DNA from: Malacoraja senta | Lineage: Eukaryota | Assembly: GCA_038087875.1 (NCBI GenBank) | Contig: JAXLNO010005840.1 | Location: 62,001 to 126,000, forward strand | DNA: 64,000 nt | Direction: 5' to 3' | Shown here: positions 23,769 to 35,420 of the stretch, piece by piece | How the letters are laid out: each line of letters begins with the position of its first letter | How positions within the stretch are numbered: position 1 is the first letter of the stretch | Notes under the pieces: model-generated | Database searches by the model: none | Told to the model about the DNA's origin: nothing | What the model saw: the letters and a program-made list of their open reading frames with translations, nothing else | Program-made: the position numbers and the translations under genes

Positions 23769-24920
23769 TGGAGAGGTCGCAGAGGGAGGAGCTACACCCG
23801 AGCGGTAGGACTTAAAAAGGAGCGCGGGGCTTGTTGCTTACAGAGGCCCGAGAGCCGTTGGAGAGGTCGCAGAGGGAGGAGCTACACCCGAGCGGCAGGA
23901 GATAAAAAGGAACCCAAATCTGTAACGTTCCAAGTTCCACTTCAAAAACAAGTGGGTTTGAGGAAGCCGCTGATTGGTGGAAGCAGACAAGAGGGAGTAG
24001 CTGATTGGGAGTCAGATCCCTGCTGATTGTACTGTATTGTAGCAGTTTGTTTTGTATTGTATCCAGGGTAAGGGGATTATGAGGGCCAGGGCAGTTTACT
24101 GTTCTGGATGTCAGATGTATTGTATCCAGGGTAAGGGGAGTATGAGGCCCAGGGCAGTTTGTTGTTCTGGATGTCAGATGTATTGTATCCAGGGTAAGGG
24201 GAGTATGAGGGCCAGGGCAGTTTACTGTTCTGGATGTCAGATGTATTGTATCCAGGGTAAGGGGAGTATGAGGCCCAGGGCAGTTTGTTGTTCTGGATGT
24301 CAGATGTATTGTATCCAGGGTAAGGGGAGTATGAGGGCCAGGGCAGTTTGTTGTTCTGGATGTCAGATGTAATGTATCCAGGGTAAGGGGAGTATGAGGC
24401 CCAGGGCAGTTTGTTGTTCTGGATGTCAGATGTATTGTATCCAGGGTGAGGGGAGTATGAGGGCCAGGGCAGTTTGTTGTTCTGGATGTCAGATGTATTG
24501 TATCCAGGGTAAGGGGAGTATGAGGGCCAGGGCAGTTTGTTGTTCTGGATGTCAGATGTATTGTATCCAGGGTAAGGGGATTATGAGGGCCAGGGCAGTT
24601 TACTGTTCTGGATGTCAGATGTGGGAAGTCATGGAGTCTGATAGCCCTCCAGACGTCCACATCTGCGCCAGGTGTATCGAGATGGGGCTCCTAATGGACC
24701 GTATTAGGAACCTGGAGCAGCAGCTCGATGACCTCCGTCTGGTCAGGGAGAGCGAGGAAGTCATTTAGAGGAGTTACAGGGATGTGGTCACTCCAACACC
24801 ACAGGAGGCAGGCAAGTGGATCACGGTTGGGAGAGGCAAGGGGCACAGGCAGGGACTAGAGAGTACCCCGGTGGCTGTACACCTTGACAATAAGTACTCC
24901 TGTTTGAGCACTGTTGGGGT
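23764..24920 (+). mobile_element. CR1 5' end: 5' UTR with duplicated ~57-bp monomer and ORF1 N-terminus
   Basis: Monomer at 23764 and 23854. ORF1-like MRARAVYCSGCQMWEV...HICARCIEMGLLMDRIRNLEQQLDDLRLVRE has a CxxC-CxxC plus leucine-zipper layout. Confidence 0.75.
24052..24618 (+). repeat. 63-bp tandem array, 9 copies, in frame with CR1 ORF1
   Basis: Units start at 24052, 24115, 24178, 24241, 24304, 24367, 24430, 24493, 24556. Each encodes YCIQGKG(S/I)MR(A/P)RAV(C/Y)CSGCQM; one TAA at 24370-24372. Confidence 0.95.
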
Positions 24921-24984
24921 GGCATGATTGATTATTCTCGTTCCGAGTCAATCAATGCAGTGAGAAGCCGGGATTGATCTACGG

Positions 24985-25353
24985 CATGAAATCACAAAGC
25001 TTTAAAATCTTCACGTAGTCACTCACATGACTCCGAAGTAAAATAGTAAGATTAAACGAGAACTTACCTAAGTTTGAAGTTTGATCTTTATTTCATGAGG
25101 AATTATGTAGGTGATTACGTGCACACCACGGCCCTACCCTCTATCATAAAGGTCAGATGGAAGTTCTTGTATTACTCATTTTATTATGAGACTATATTAC
25201 TTCGGTTGTTGTTTTTTGTGATTTCACATCGCTGCTTTGAAGATTGACGCGCAGGCGCACTGGCGGGGTTCTTCACGTAATCACCTACGTAACTCCTAAT
25301 AAAATAAAGATCAAACTTCAAACTTAGGTAAGTTCTCGTTTAATCTTACTATT
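24985..25353. mobile_element. DIRS-like terminal remnant with ~80-bp inverted repeats
   Basis: Arms 25042-25121 and 25274-25353, first 52 nt identical. Segment 25005-25045 is the reverse complement of the start of the DIRS-like element at 49911. Confidence 0.65.
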
Positions 25354-25720
25354 CTCTGCCACAGAAGGTAGTTGAGGCCAGTTCATTGGCTAAATTTAAG
25401 AGGGAGTTAGATGTGGCCCTTGTGGCTAAAGGGATCAGGGGGTATGGAGAGAAGGCAGGTACAGGATACTGAGTTGGATGATCAGCCATGATCATATTGA
25501 ATGGCGGTGCAGGCTCGAAGGGCCGAATGGCCTACTCCTGCACCTATTTTCTATGTTTCTGTTTCTACGAGAGAGACCTAGATAGAGCTCTTAAAGATAG
25601 TGGACTCAGGGGATATGGGGAGAAGGCAGGAACGGGGTACTGGTTGTGGATGATCAGCCATGATCTCATTGAATGGCGGTGCTAGATCGAAGGTCCGAAT
25701 GGCCTCTACTCCTGCACCGA
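25354..25720 (+). mobile_element. Two consecutive CR1 3' ends
   Basis: Two copies of ...gggatatgg.gagaaggcagg...gatcagccatgat...gaatggcggtgc..ggccgaatggcctactcctgcacc. Confidence 0.85.
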
Positions 25721-26121
25721 TTTTCTGTGGGAGGAGCGCGTGGATTAGGTCCCAGCATGGTCAGACCACGTGGTGTGAGAGTCTGCAGCGTGGAGACTCC
25801 AGGCCCGGTAAGACTCTGGTAAGGTGACGGCTGCAGCCCACTGGCGGGTGGTGGAGTGGCCAGGGCTGGTCGAGGCCCACGGGGAGTGGAATGGCACGCG
25901 GGCGAAGTGCCGGTCAGCGGATGAACGGGAAGGCAGCGAGGGGCGGCGGTGTCGATGAGTCGGTGAAGGTCGGCGGCAACGGCCACGGGTGAGGCCGCGC
26001 GGGGAGGTCGACGACAGCGGCATCCTTGGTGGTCCAGGACCGAGATCGGTCAGGGAGGCGGTGAGTGTTAGTGCTTCTCCTCGTGGCAGCAATGTTGTCG
26101 CGGGGCTGTTAGTTCCGCCTG

Positions 26122-26520
26122 TCCCTTACTCCCCCAAGCTGGCTACCTCCCATCCCCTTACTCCGCCAAGCTGGCTACCTCCCATCCCCTTACTCCCCCA
26201 AGCTGGCTACCTCCCATCCCCTTACTACCCCAAGCTGACTACCTCCCATCCATCCCCCTTACTCCCCCAAGTTGGCTACCTCCCATCCCCTTACTCCCCC
26301 AAGCTGGCTACCTCCCATTCCCATTATTCCCCCAAGCTGGCTACCTCCCATTCACCTTACTCCCCCTAGCTGGCTACCTCCGATTCCCCTTACTCCCCGA
26401 ACCTGGCAACTTCCCATCCCCCTTACTCCCCCAAGCTGGCCTGGCTCCCATTCCCCTTGCTCCCCCAAGCTGGCTACCTCTCCCATCCACCTTACTCCCC
26501 CAAGCTGGCCTGGCTCCCAC
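26122..26520 (+). repeat. 32-bp C-rich minisatellite, about 12 copies
   Basis: Unit ccccttactcccccaagctggctacctcccat. Confidence 0.92.
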
Positions 26521-26714
26521 CGCACTGTCACGGGCTGTGGGCCGGCAGCGCACATACACACACACACACGGAGCGGGGCCGCGGCTTCGGGCAGCGGACA
26601 CACGGGGCCATAAACCCGGCAACATCCCCGTCAGCTGCAGCAGAGTTGGGGACAGACTGGTCCCTGCACCCACCCAGCGTCACTGACCATGCTGCACCGG
26701 CACCACGACCTCCC

Positions 26715-27600
26715 TACCAGGGTGATTCACCCCCCCCCCGACCCACGCACCGGGGTGATTCACCCCCCCCAGCCCCATATGGGGTGATTCACCCCCCACC
26801 CCCCGACCCACACACTGGAGTGATTCACCCCCGACCCGACCCACACACCGTGGTGATTCACCCTTCCCGGACCCCCACATGGGGTGATTCACCCCCCGGA
26901 CCCCCATAATGGGGTAATTCACCCCCCAACCTCACACAGCGGTGATTCACCCCCCCCCCACGACCCACACAATGGAGTGATTCAACCCCCCCCCCGACCC
27001 ACACATTGGAGTGATTCAACCCCCCCCCCACCGACCCACACACTGGAGTGATTCATCCCCCTCCCCGACCCACACACTGGAGTGATTCACCCCCCCGACC
27101 CCGACACCATGGGGATTCACACCCCCCGAACCTTAGACAGTGCTTATTCACCCCTCCCCCGACCCACACACTGGAGTGATTCACCCCCGACCCGACCCAC
27201 ACACCATGGTGATTCACCCCCCCCCCCGATCCTCACACAGTGGTGATTCACCCCCCCCCCCGACCCACACACTGGAGTGATTCACCCCCCCCCGAACCCC
27301 ACACCATGGCGATTCACCCTCCCCCCGAACCTCACACAGTGCTGATTCACCCCCCCGACCCACACACTGGAGTGATTCACCCCCGACCCGACCCACACAC
27401 CGTGGTGATTCACCCTTCCCGGACCCCCACATGGGGTGATTCACCCCCCCACCCCCGGACCCCCATAATGGGGTGATTCACTCCCCCCACCGGACCCCCA
27501 CATGGGGTGATTCACCCCCACACCCCCCAGACACCCACAATGGGGTGCTTCACCCCCTCCCACCCCCCGGACCCCCACAATGGGGTGATTTACCAGGGTG
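26715..27600 (+). repeat. ~33-bp minisatellite, about 26-27 copies, palindromic core GGGGTGATTCACCCC
   Basis: Recurrent GGTGATTCACC core with variable C-rich spacers; array bounded by TACCAGGGTG at 26715-26724 and 27591-27600. Confidence 0.9.
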
Positions 27601-28433
27601 CCGGGCTGCCTGTCGCCCTGCTGCCGCCAAACACCAAACGATATTGCCAAGTGCAGGAACTATCTTTGAAGTAGTGGGGAGGTGTCCGACTGCCCTATGG
27701 CGACAAATATGCATGGAGGCGAGAATAATTTCTTGTCATTTCTGGAGATGGTTGGCATTTTCTTTCATTATTGATAGTGCAACATTAATTCTGAAGAATT
27801 CCAAAGAGCACAGTTGTCAAAGTTCGTCTCTTAAAGAAAGCAGACAGCAACAAAATTGTTAAGGGTAAACCAAAGCAATATTTTAATAAATTTGCCAGGG
27901 GGGAGTTGCGAGATCTATAAAGAGCACACACGTTGCTCAGTGCTTCTTGGGCTCCACTCAAAGAACAAAGGAAAGTTAATTATACATTTTCTTATCAAAA
28001 AAACACACCTAAATCTGAGTGAAAGATCCGTAGCCTAAGGGAAACAAGGGAGGCTGGACCCATATATTTGCAATGTCAGCCTTATTCTCAAATCTAGGCA
28101 CAGCTTCAGTACAGCTGCCCATTCCGGAAGGACAACTAACTCCATTTTGTTTTCAAATGACTTCCATCTTGGTTCCAGAATGGGCATCCGTCTGTGAACT
28201 AAAACAAGCTTGTAAGACTTGGATGAAAGCCACTACCTTGTCCTTAGCTGGGACAGGCAGTTCAGACACATATCTAATATGGTGCTGTGCCCAGACAATA
28301 CATCTCTATGTTAATACATTGTCAATACATTGTTTCAATGATTAGTAGAAACCAAGCTTCTAAGATTTCCATAACTTTATTCTACTGGGAAAATTCTCTT
28401 TTAAATTTGACTGCTTTCTGTTTTTCAGCAAAT

Positions 28434-29869
28434 TTAAAAGTAACGGTGTGCAAGCAGGCTGGAGGAGCGGGCAAAGGCATTGCCACAGAGCGGGTAGGTG
28501 AAGGGGTGCTGACCGGTGTGGACTCGCCGGTGCTCCAGCAGGTGGTCAAGTCGGGTGAAGCCCTTTCCACAGGACGGGCAGGGGAAGGGACGCTCACCGC
28601 TGTGGGTACGCCGGTGCTGCCACAGGCTGGACATGCTGGTGAAACCCTTGCCACACTCAGCGCACACATAGGGTGTCTCTCCGGTGTGTATCCGCTGGTG
28701 CTCCCGCAGCCCCCGTGCTCTCTTGTTACAGTGGGAGCAGCTGCTCGCCGGCGTGGGTCCGCTGGTGCTGCCGCAACCCCCGCGAGCTGTCAAACTCCTC
28801 ACCGCAGTACGGGCAGTCGTAGGGCTGGCCACTTTTGTGCACGCGCTGGTAAGACAGGGGGTGGGAGGCCATGGCAAAGCGCTCTCCACACACCGGGCTG
28901 GGGATGGGACCGTCGCCGGCGTGCACCCGCTGGTGGGACAGATGATAGGTGGAGCGGGTGAAGCCCTTGCCGCACTGGGTGCAGGTGTAGGGGCGCTCAC
29001 CAGTGTGGGTGCGCTGATGGAACAGCAGGTGACCGGACTGGGTGAAGCCCTTGCCGCACTGGGCGCAGGTGTAGGGGCGCTCGCCGGTGTGGGTGCACTG
29101 GTGGGATAGCAGGGTGCAGGAGCGGGTGAAGCCCTTGCCGCACTGGGTACAGGTGTAGGGGCGCTCGCCGGTGTGGGTGCGCTGGTGGGACAGCAGGTTG
29201 CCAGACTGGATGAAGCCCTTGCCGCACTGGGTACAGGTGTAGGGGGCGCTCGTCGGTGTGGGTGCGCTGGTGCACCTGCAGGCTTCTGGAGTGAGTGAAG
29301 CCCTTGCCACACTGGGCGCAGGTGTAGGGACGCTCGCCGGTGTGGGTGCGTTGGTGCACCAGCAGGATGCTGGAGTGGGTGAAGCCTTTGCCGCACTGGG
29401 TGCAGGTGTAGGGGCGCTCGCCTGTGTGGGAGCGCTGGTGGGACAGCAGGTTGCTGGAGGAGTTGAAGCCCTTACCGCACTGGGCGCAGGTATAGGGGTG
29501 CTCGCCAGTGTGGGAGCGCTGGTGGGACAGCAGGTTGCTGGAGCGGGTGAAGCCCTTGCCGCAGTCGCTGCAGGTGTAGGGGCGCTCGCCAGTGTAGGTG
29601 CGCTGGTGGGACAGCAGGTTGCTGGAGCGGGTGAAGACCTTGCCGCAGTCGCTGCAGGTGTAGGGTCGTTCCCCGGTGTGCACGCGCCTGTGCATCTTCA
29701 GTTCCGGCGGCGACTTGAAGCTCTTGCCGCAGTCGGAGCAGTCGAAGGGGCGTTCTCCCGTGTGAACCCGCCGGTGGATCTCCAGCCGGCTCGGGTACTG
29801 CCAGGCCTTGCCACACACGTCGCACTCATAACGCTTCTCCTTGTTGTGCCCCCTCATGTGGTCCTCCAT
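28434..29869 (-). pseudogene. Tandem C2H2 (TGERP-linker) zinc-finger gene, about 17 fingers, two frameshifts
   Basis: ATG 29869 MEDHMRGHNKEKRYECDVCGKAWQYPSRLEIHRRVHTGERPF... There is a +1 G in the run at 29242-29246 after finger 7 and a deletion/frameshift near 28715-28745. An upstream acceptor (pyrimidine tract + CAG) opens the exon at 30006. Confidence 0.9.
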
Positions 29870-30107
29870 CAAAGCGCAGCCCCTCGAAGCTCAGCCCGCA
29901 CACCGAGCAGATGGGGGGTGGGGGGGAGGGGCTCATCTGCACCCTGGCCGCCCTCAATGGCCGCTCACGTCCCCGTCTCTCCGTCCACAGCAACGGCTCC
30001 TAAACCCTGCAGGAGGGGAACACAGAGGGTCAACAAGCTGGCAAACAGGACATTACTAGGACATATTGGGTGCATTTATGGCGGAGGAAACCGTTATATA
30101 ATTCTGC

Positions 30108-30419
30108 GCGGCACAGTGGCGCAGCGGTACAGTTGCCGCCTCACTGCCAGAGGACGGGCTCGATCCTGACTACGGGTGCTGTCTGTGCGGAGTTTGTACG
30201 TTCTCCCCTTGACCTGCGTGGGTTTTTACTCCGGGTGCTTCAGTTTCCTCCAACATTTCAAAGACGTTCATGGTTGTAGATTAATCGGCCTCCGCAAAAT
30301 TGTTAAATTGTCCCTAATGTGCGTAGGATAGTGCTAGTGTACGGGGTGATCGCTGGTCGGCGCAGAGTCCGTGGGCCGAAAGACCTGTTTCCGCGCTGCA
30401 TCTCTAAACTAAACTAAAC
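30108..30419 (+). mobile_element. HE1/V-SINE-like SINE
   Basis: A/B boxes, conserved body, (CTAAA)n tail. Confidence 0.88.
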
Positions 30420-30499
30420 CAAAGAAGGGTCTCGACCGAAAATGTCACCATTCCTTCTCTCCACAGATGCTGCCTGACCCGCTGAGTTACTCCAGCACT

Positions 30500-30626
30500 C
30501 TCTCTCTGTCTCTCTCTCTCTCTTTTTCTGTCTCTCTCTCTTTCTCTTTGTCTGTCTCTCCCTCTCTCTGTCCCTCTCGTCTCTCTCTCTCTCTCTGTAA
30601 CTGTCTTTCTCCCTCTCTCTATCTCA

Positions 30627-30657
<31 letters not shown>

Positions 30658-30693
30658 TCTGTCTCTCTCTCTCTCTCACTGTCTCTCTGCCGC
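30500..30693. repeat. (CT)n-rich microsatellite running into the gap
   Basis: Direct reading. Confidence 0.95.
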
Positions 30694-30900
30694 NNNNNNN
30701 NNNNNNNNNNNNNNNNNNNNNNNNNNNNNNNNNNNNNNNNNNNNNNNNNNNNNNNNNNNNNNNNNNNNNNNNNNNNNNNNNNNNNNNNNNNNNNNNNNNN
30801 NNNNNNNNNNNNNNNNNNNNNNNNNNNNNNNNNNNNNNNNNNNNNNNNNNNNNNNNNNNNNNNNNNNNNNNNNNNNNNNNNNNNNNNNNNNNNNNNNNNN
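30694..30900. other. Assembly gap (207 N)
   Basis: Run of N. Confidence 1.
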
Positions 30901-31850
30901 TCAATTTCAATTAAAAAACTTTATTGGCATGATAAAAAAAAATACATTGTTATATTGCCAAAGTATAAAACATGACATACATATTTCAAATGCATAAGTA
31001 TAAATACAAGTATAGTGCATGGATAGATATGTCCCTGTACATAAACTCGCAATAGGCCTATAGCCCTTTATTGATTGCTACACATTCTTGCTGCTGTAAG
31101 CAGTAGAACAGGATAGCAAGTTTAGCAATTCAATATTAATTTCTTAGTTTCAGTTAGTCAATTAATGTGTGCGACATATGTGCATATTGGTCATTCACCG
31201 TCTCTCAGGTTATGGCATGCTGTTACGTATTGTGCACCAAGATGTGCTGTACTTCCTTCACCAAGGATTATTCTTAGTTTTGATGTATCAACTAGTTCTT
31301 TGAAATCAGTGGTTGCCAGACTGAGTTTGTCAAAGTATGTTTTCCTTGTTTTATCAATTTTTTTGCATTTTAGGAGGAAGTGCACCTCTGTTTGAACCTC
31401 ATCTGTCAAACAGTGGCCGCATATTCTGCTTTCTCTTGGTTGCCAGAATCTCTTCTGTTTTCCTTTTTCAACTGCCAAATAGTGGTCACTTAGCCTGTAT
31501 TTGGTGAGGGTCTGTCTCTGCTTTATGTCTCTAACAGTTGAGAGATAGTCTGCCAATTTATAATCTCTTTTTGGGGCACGGTAACATTCTAATCTGCTTA
31601 GGCTTTTGGTTTCTTTATCCCCATGTTCCAAATATGTTTCTTTACATTGTTTGATAATTTGGTTCACTCTAACTGGTGATAGGGGATCAGTATTGATCTG
31701 AGGCTGGTCAGGATTTAACTGGATAGAGTTTAACTGCATAGGGGTAGTTAATCTCAGTACCAACTGACACAGGGAACTCTTTTCTGGGCTCCCCTCTTGT
31801 GTTTTAAGATTCAGGAGAGTTAAGCAGGAACCCTTAAACGATTTTATCAT
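30901..31850 (-). mobile_element. RTEX-like LINE 3' fragment
   Basis: RQTLTKYRLSDHYLAVEKG...PRESRICGHCLTDEVQTEVHFLLKC (C-terminal CCHC module typical of this LINE group); AATAAA and an (AATTG)-type tail at the gap edge. The clade call is from recalled motif similarity. Confidence 0.65.
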
Positions 31851-32140
31851 TTAAAAATAGATTGGATGGGTATATGGAGAGAGATGGAAGATTCAGTGGA
31901 GACAATCCTTTGCGGAAACTACATTTTGAAGTTAGCTGGGAGATGAATGCATAGCTATCATGTCATGAGTGTTCCAGTTAGCTCATGACTTCTGAACTTG
32001 TCTTGTTCATCAAGCTCCCTTTTCCTCAGAGTGCCAATCGTTGCACTTGTACATTGAAAGTATCAGCTCCCTTCAGAATTGGCTCCCAAAACATGGGCCT
32101 TACTCCATGTTCTCTCGGGTCAAGGAGCAGACTTTCTTTG

Positions 32141-33115
32141 ATAATAATAATAATAATAATAATAATAATCCATTTTATTTACTGGCGCCTTTCTAAAACC
32201 AAAGGACACCTTACAAGGCATATAATCACAAAAATACAAAACACATAATCGGAGTAAATTAAATATAAAAACACCACAGTACACAAATCAAGGACAGAAT
32301 TCAAGTACAAAAGCACAAAAAGAAAATAAGAAACACAATTTGAGGAGAGAGCAGCGGCAGCCAATTCGCGCCAGCGTCCACTCTCCCCTCCGACCGCCAT
32401 CTTGCACACAGACTAACAGGCACAGCACACAAAAATCACCCCCCCCACAATGACCACCACTGTGGGGGAAGGCACAATGTCCAGTCCCCAACCCAGTTCT
32501 CCCCAGAGTCAGGCCCATCGAGGCCGCCACAGTTGCCTCTACGGAGGCCCGATGTTCCCGGCCGTCGGGAGAGTCCTCGCAGTGGCTGGAACGGCCGGTT
32601 TCCCAGCGGAGTCCATGGCACCTGAAGCCGACAGGGCCGCGCCGATTTGGAGCCACGAGGCTCCCGATGTAAAAGTCGGCGCCGCCGCCCGCGGCTGGTC
32701 GCTCCGCAGACCCGCAGCCCGGAGGTGTTGATGTCGGCGGTCACCAGGCGGCTCCAGCGCGTCGACCCAGCGCGGCGACCCAGGCAAGGCATCGCCCGCT
32801 CCGCTCCACGATAGCGCTCCAGCGCTGTGCCGCCGACCGAAGCTGAAGGTGCTGGGCGGTCCCCGCCAGGAAACGGCGCTCCATGCCCACTGGTAGGCCA
32901 CGAGGACGGGTCGACGAGGCAGCCTGGAGAAAAAGCTGCCTCACCGACCAGGTAGGGACCCAGAAATAGTTTCCCCCTTACCCCCCCCCCACATTAAAAG
33001 TCAACATTCCCCAAACAAACAAAGAAATAAAAAAAGCTAAAACTAAAGAAAAAGTGAATTTGACGGACGGCTGCTGTTTAGCAGCCGTTCCTCCAAGATG
33101 GCGGCTCCTCCTCTG
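32141..33115 (-). mobile_element. Unclassified GC-rich retro-like repeat with (TAT)n tail
   Basis: CpG-rich body, two YY1-like GCCATCTT motifs, (ATA)n run at 32141-32167; no recognisable coding motif. Confidence 0.4.
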
Positions 33116-34646
33116 ATGGAGGGTGGCATTGTACAATGTAGCCAGGATAATGAAGGACCTCGGTTTTGCAGATGCTCAGCATGGTCCATTCCTTCATTTA
33201 CATTCAAAACAAGTCGATGATGACATGGAACTCAGCCTTTAAACGTACACTTATGTAAATGTCAAGTGCATTCGGTAGCCTGAATACAGAGGTTGGCCCA
33301 TCTTGGCTCTTGAGTAGATTGCCATTTGTCCGGTACTCAGTTCCACTCGAGTGGAAACTTGTTGGAATTGAGGTGCAACCTAGTGGTGAGAATATTGTGA
33401 AAAGCGTAGAAGTGATGACATACTCTTGAATTGCATCTAATTCTAACCTGTTAATTGGGATCACAGCCTGCAAGACATTAGGTGCCAAATACAAAATGAA
33501 AACAAGTTGCGAGGGTAGTCATACTTGAGGAGAACGCTTCACGCATTTTTTTATACAGCTTGAAAACAGGCCCCTGTAGATGGCTCGATTATAATCATGT
33601 CTTGTCTTTCCGCTGACTGGATAGCACACGACATGTGTCAGCCACCGAGTCCATGCCGAACGTCAAACACCTGTTCACATTAGTTCTATGTTATCCCAGT
33701 TTCACATCCACTCCCTACACACATGGGGTCATTTATAGAGACAATTTAACCTGCAAACCCGCACATCTTTGGGATGTGGGAGGAAACCTGAGCACCCGGA
33801 GGGTATCCACTGGGTCACAGGGAGAATGTGCAAATGCCTACCAGCTGTGTCACTGTGCCGTCTTATTGATGGAGTCAAAGGTATTAGTCAGTAACGCACA
33901 GTGTTTGACCTTGCCCTCTGCATTTTACAGTTAGTTGGCAGGTGAATGTTTAGGTCTCAAGCCACAATTAAAAAAGAGCGGGATCAATGCTCGTTCTCTA
34001 AACCAGCAATCAGAAAAGCAAATATATAGCTTAATCTCCTGTATTTAGGGTTGTCTATGCACATGGCAAAAGAAACTGCACTTCAGACAAAGAAGAGTAG
34101 GGATGGGAATGCAGAAGAAAGGAAATGAGACTTGAAGAAATACAGCACCGTGAGGATGATGTTAAAGTCCTCAAATTGTAATTGTCTGCATCAGTCCACG
34201 TTCTGCAGTAAACTACTTCACAGTTGAAGGATGGGAATTCTCATCTTCAGTATTTTCTCCATTGAGAAACCCTTCAACTTTCAAAGCTTTATTGAATATT
34301 CAACACAAAAGGAAAATATCTCTGCACGTTGGCACCTCACTGTTAGCAACCTGCAAACAAGGCCAGGCAAATATTGTAAAACTGGGGGGATTTTGTTTTG
34401 GTATTCATCATAAAAGATTTAAAACGCCTCACAGTTATAAATAATGTAAGAGGCATGAGACATAGATTTTGTGAGATATCACCGAGAAACAGTTGCAAAG
34501 GACAACACAGTGGCAGAGTTGCTAGAGATGTTTCCTCACAGTGCCAGAGACCCGGGTTCGATCCTGACCTTGGGCTCTGTCTGTGTGGAGTTTGCACGAT
34601 CTACCTGTTTCCACCAGTTTCCTCAGTTGAGAATTTCCCCAAATTT

Positions 34647-34968
34647 TTTAGTTTAGTTTAGTTGAGAGATACAACGCAGAAACAGGCCCTTCGGCCCACT
34701 AAGTCCACACCAACCAGCGATCCCCGCACATTAACACTGCCCCACACACACTGTGGACAATTTACCCTTATACCAAGCCAATTTAGCTACAAACCTGTAC
34801 GTCTTTGGAGTGTGGGGGGGAAATCAAAGATCTCGGAGAAAACCCATGCGATCACGGGGAGAACATACAAACTCCGTACAGACAGCACCCTTAGTCGGGA
34901 TCGAAACCGGGTGTCCTGCGCTTCAAGCACTGTAAGGAAGCAACTCTACCACTGAGCCACCGTGCCGC
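34647..34968 (-). mobile_element. HE1/V-SINE-like SINE
   Basis: Reverse-complement SINE consensus with (TTTAG)n tail. Confidence 0.85.
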
Positions 34969-35134
34969 AGGAAGTGGATGAGAAAGTGGGTTAACTTAGA
35001 ACTAGTGTTAATGGGCGATCGTTGGGCAATCGGCACAGATTCGGGGGCCAAAGGACCTGATCCATGATGTATCTCTAAACTAAACAAAAACCACCAATGT
35101 TAAAACAAAATTACTTTTACATCCTTCTGTAACA

Positions 35135-35420
35135 GTTTAAGAATAAGGGTTAGGCCATTTAGATCTGAGATGAGGAAAAACCTTTTCACGCAGAGTTGTG
35201 AATTCGTGGAATTCTCTGCCTCAGAAGGCAGTGGAGGCCGATTCACTGGATGCATTCAAAAGAAAGTTAGATAGAGCTCTTAGGGCTAGCGGAATCAAGA
35301 GATATGGGGAGAAGGCAGGAACGGGGTACTGATTGTGGATGATCAGCCATGATCACATTGAATGGTAGTGCTGGCTCAAAGGGCCGGATGGCCTACTCCT
35401 GCACCTATTTTCTATGTTTC
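35135..35420 (+). mobile_element. CR1 3' end
   Basis: CR1 C-terminal codons and 3' UTR with a tttctatgtttcta tail. Confidence 0.85.

Noticed and set aside
24052-24618. CRISPR-like regular array
   Set aside because: Units are contiguous with no unique spacers, the context is eukaryotic, and no cas genes are present.
23812-24660. 282-aa repetitive minus-strand ORF (TNCPGPHTPLTLDTIHLTSR)n
   Set aside because: Antisense reading of the 63-bp tandem array; it is open only because the unit length is a multiple of three.
26715-27600. Palindromic repeats with variable spacers suggesting CRISPR
   Set aside because: The spacers are related C-rich variants of each other, which is minisatellite turnover rather than acquired sequence.
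25666-27650. Many Pro/Gly/His-rich ORFs over the GC-rich segment and minisatellites
   Set aside because: Low-complexity translations of tandem repeats on both strands, with no splice or domain support.
29258-30169. 303-aa plus-strand ORF (ALGAGVGALA repeats)
   Set aside because: Antisense shadow of the zinc-finger array.
30404-30997. ORFs spanning (CT)n and the N run
   Set aside because: Artefacts of the microsatellite and the assembly gap.
33120-33500. Non-repetitive-looking segment with a 96-aa minus-strand ORF
   Set aside because: I could find no consistent splice pair or recognisable motif in any frame.
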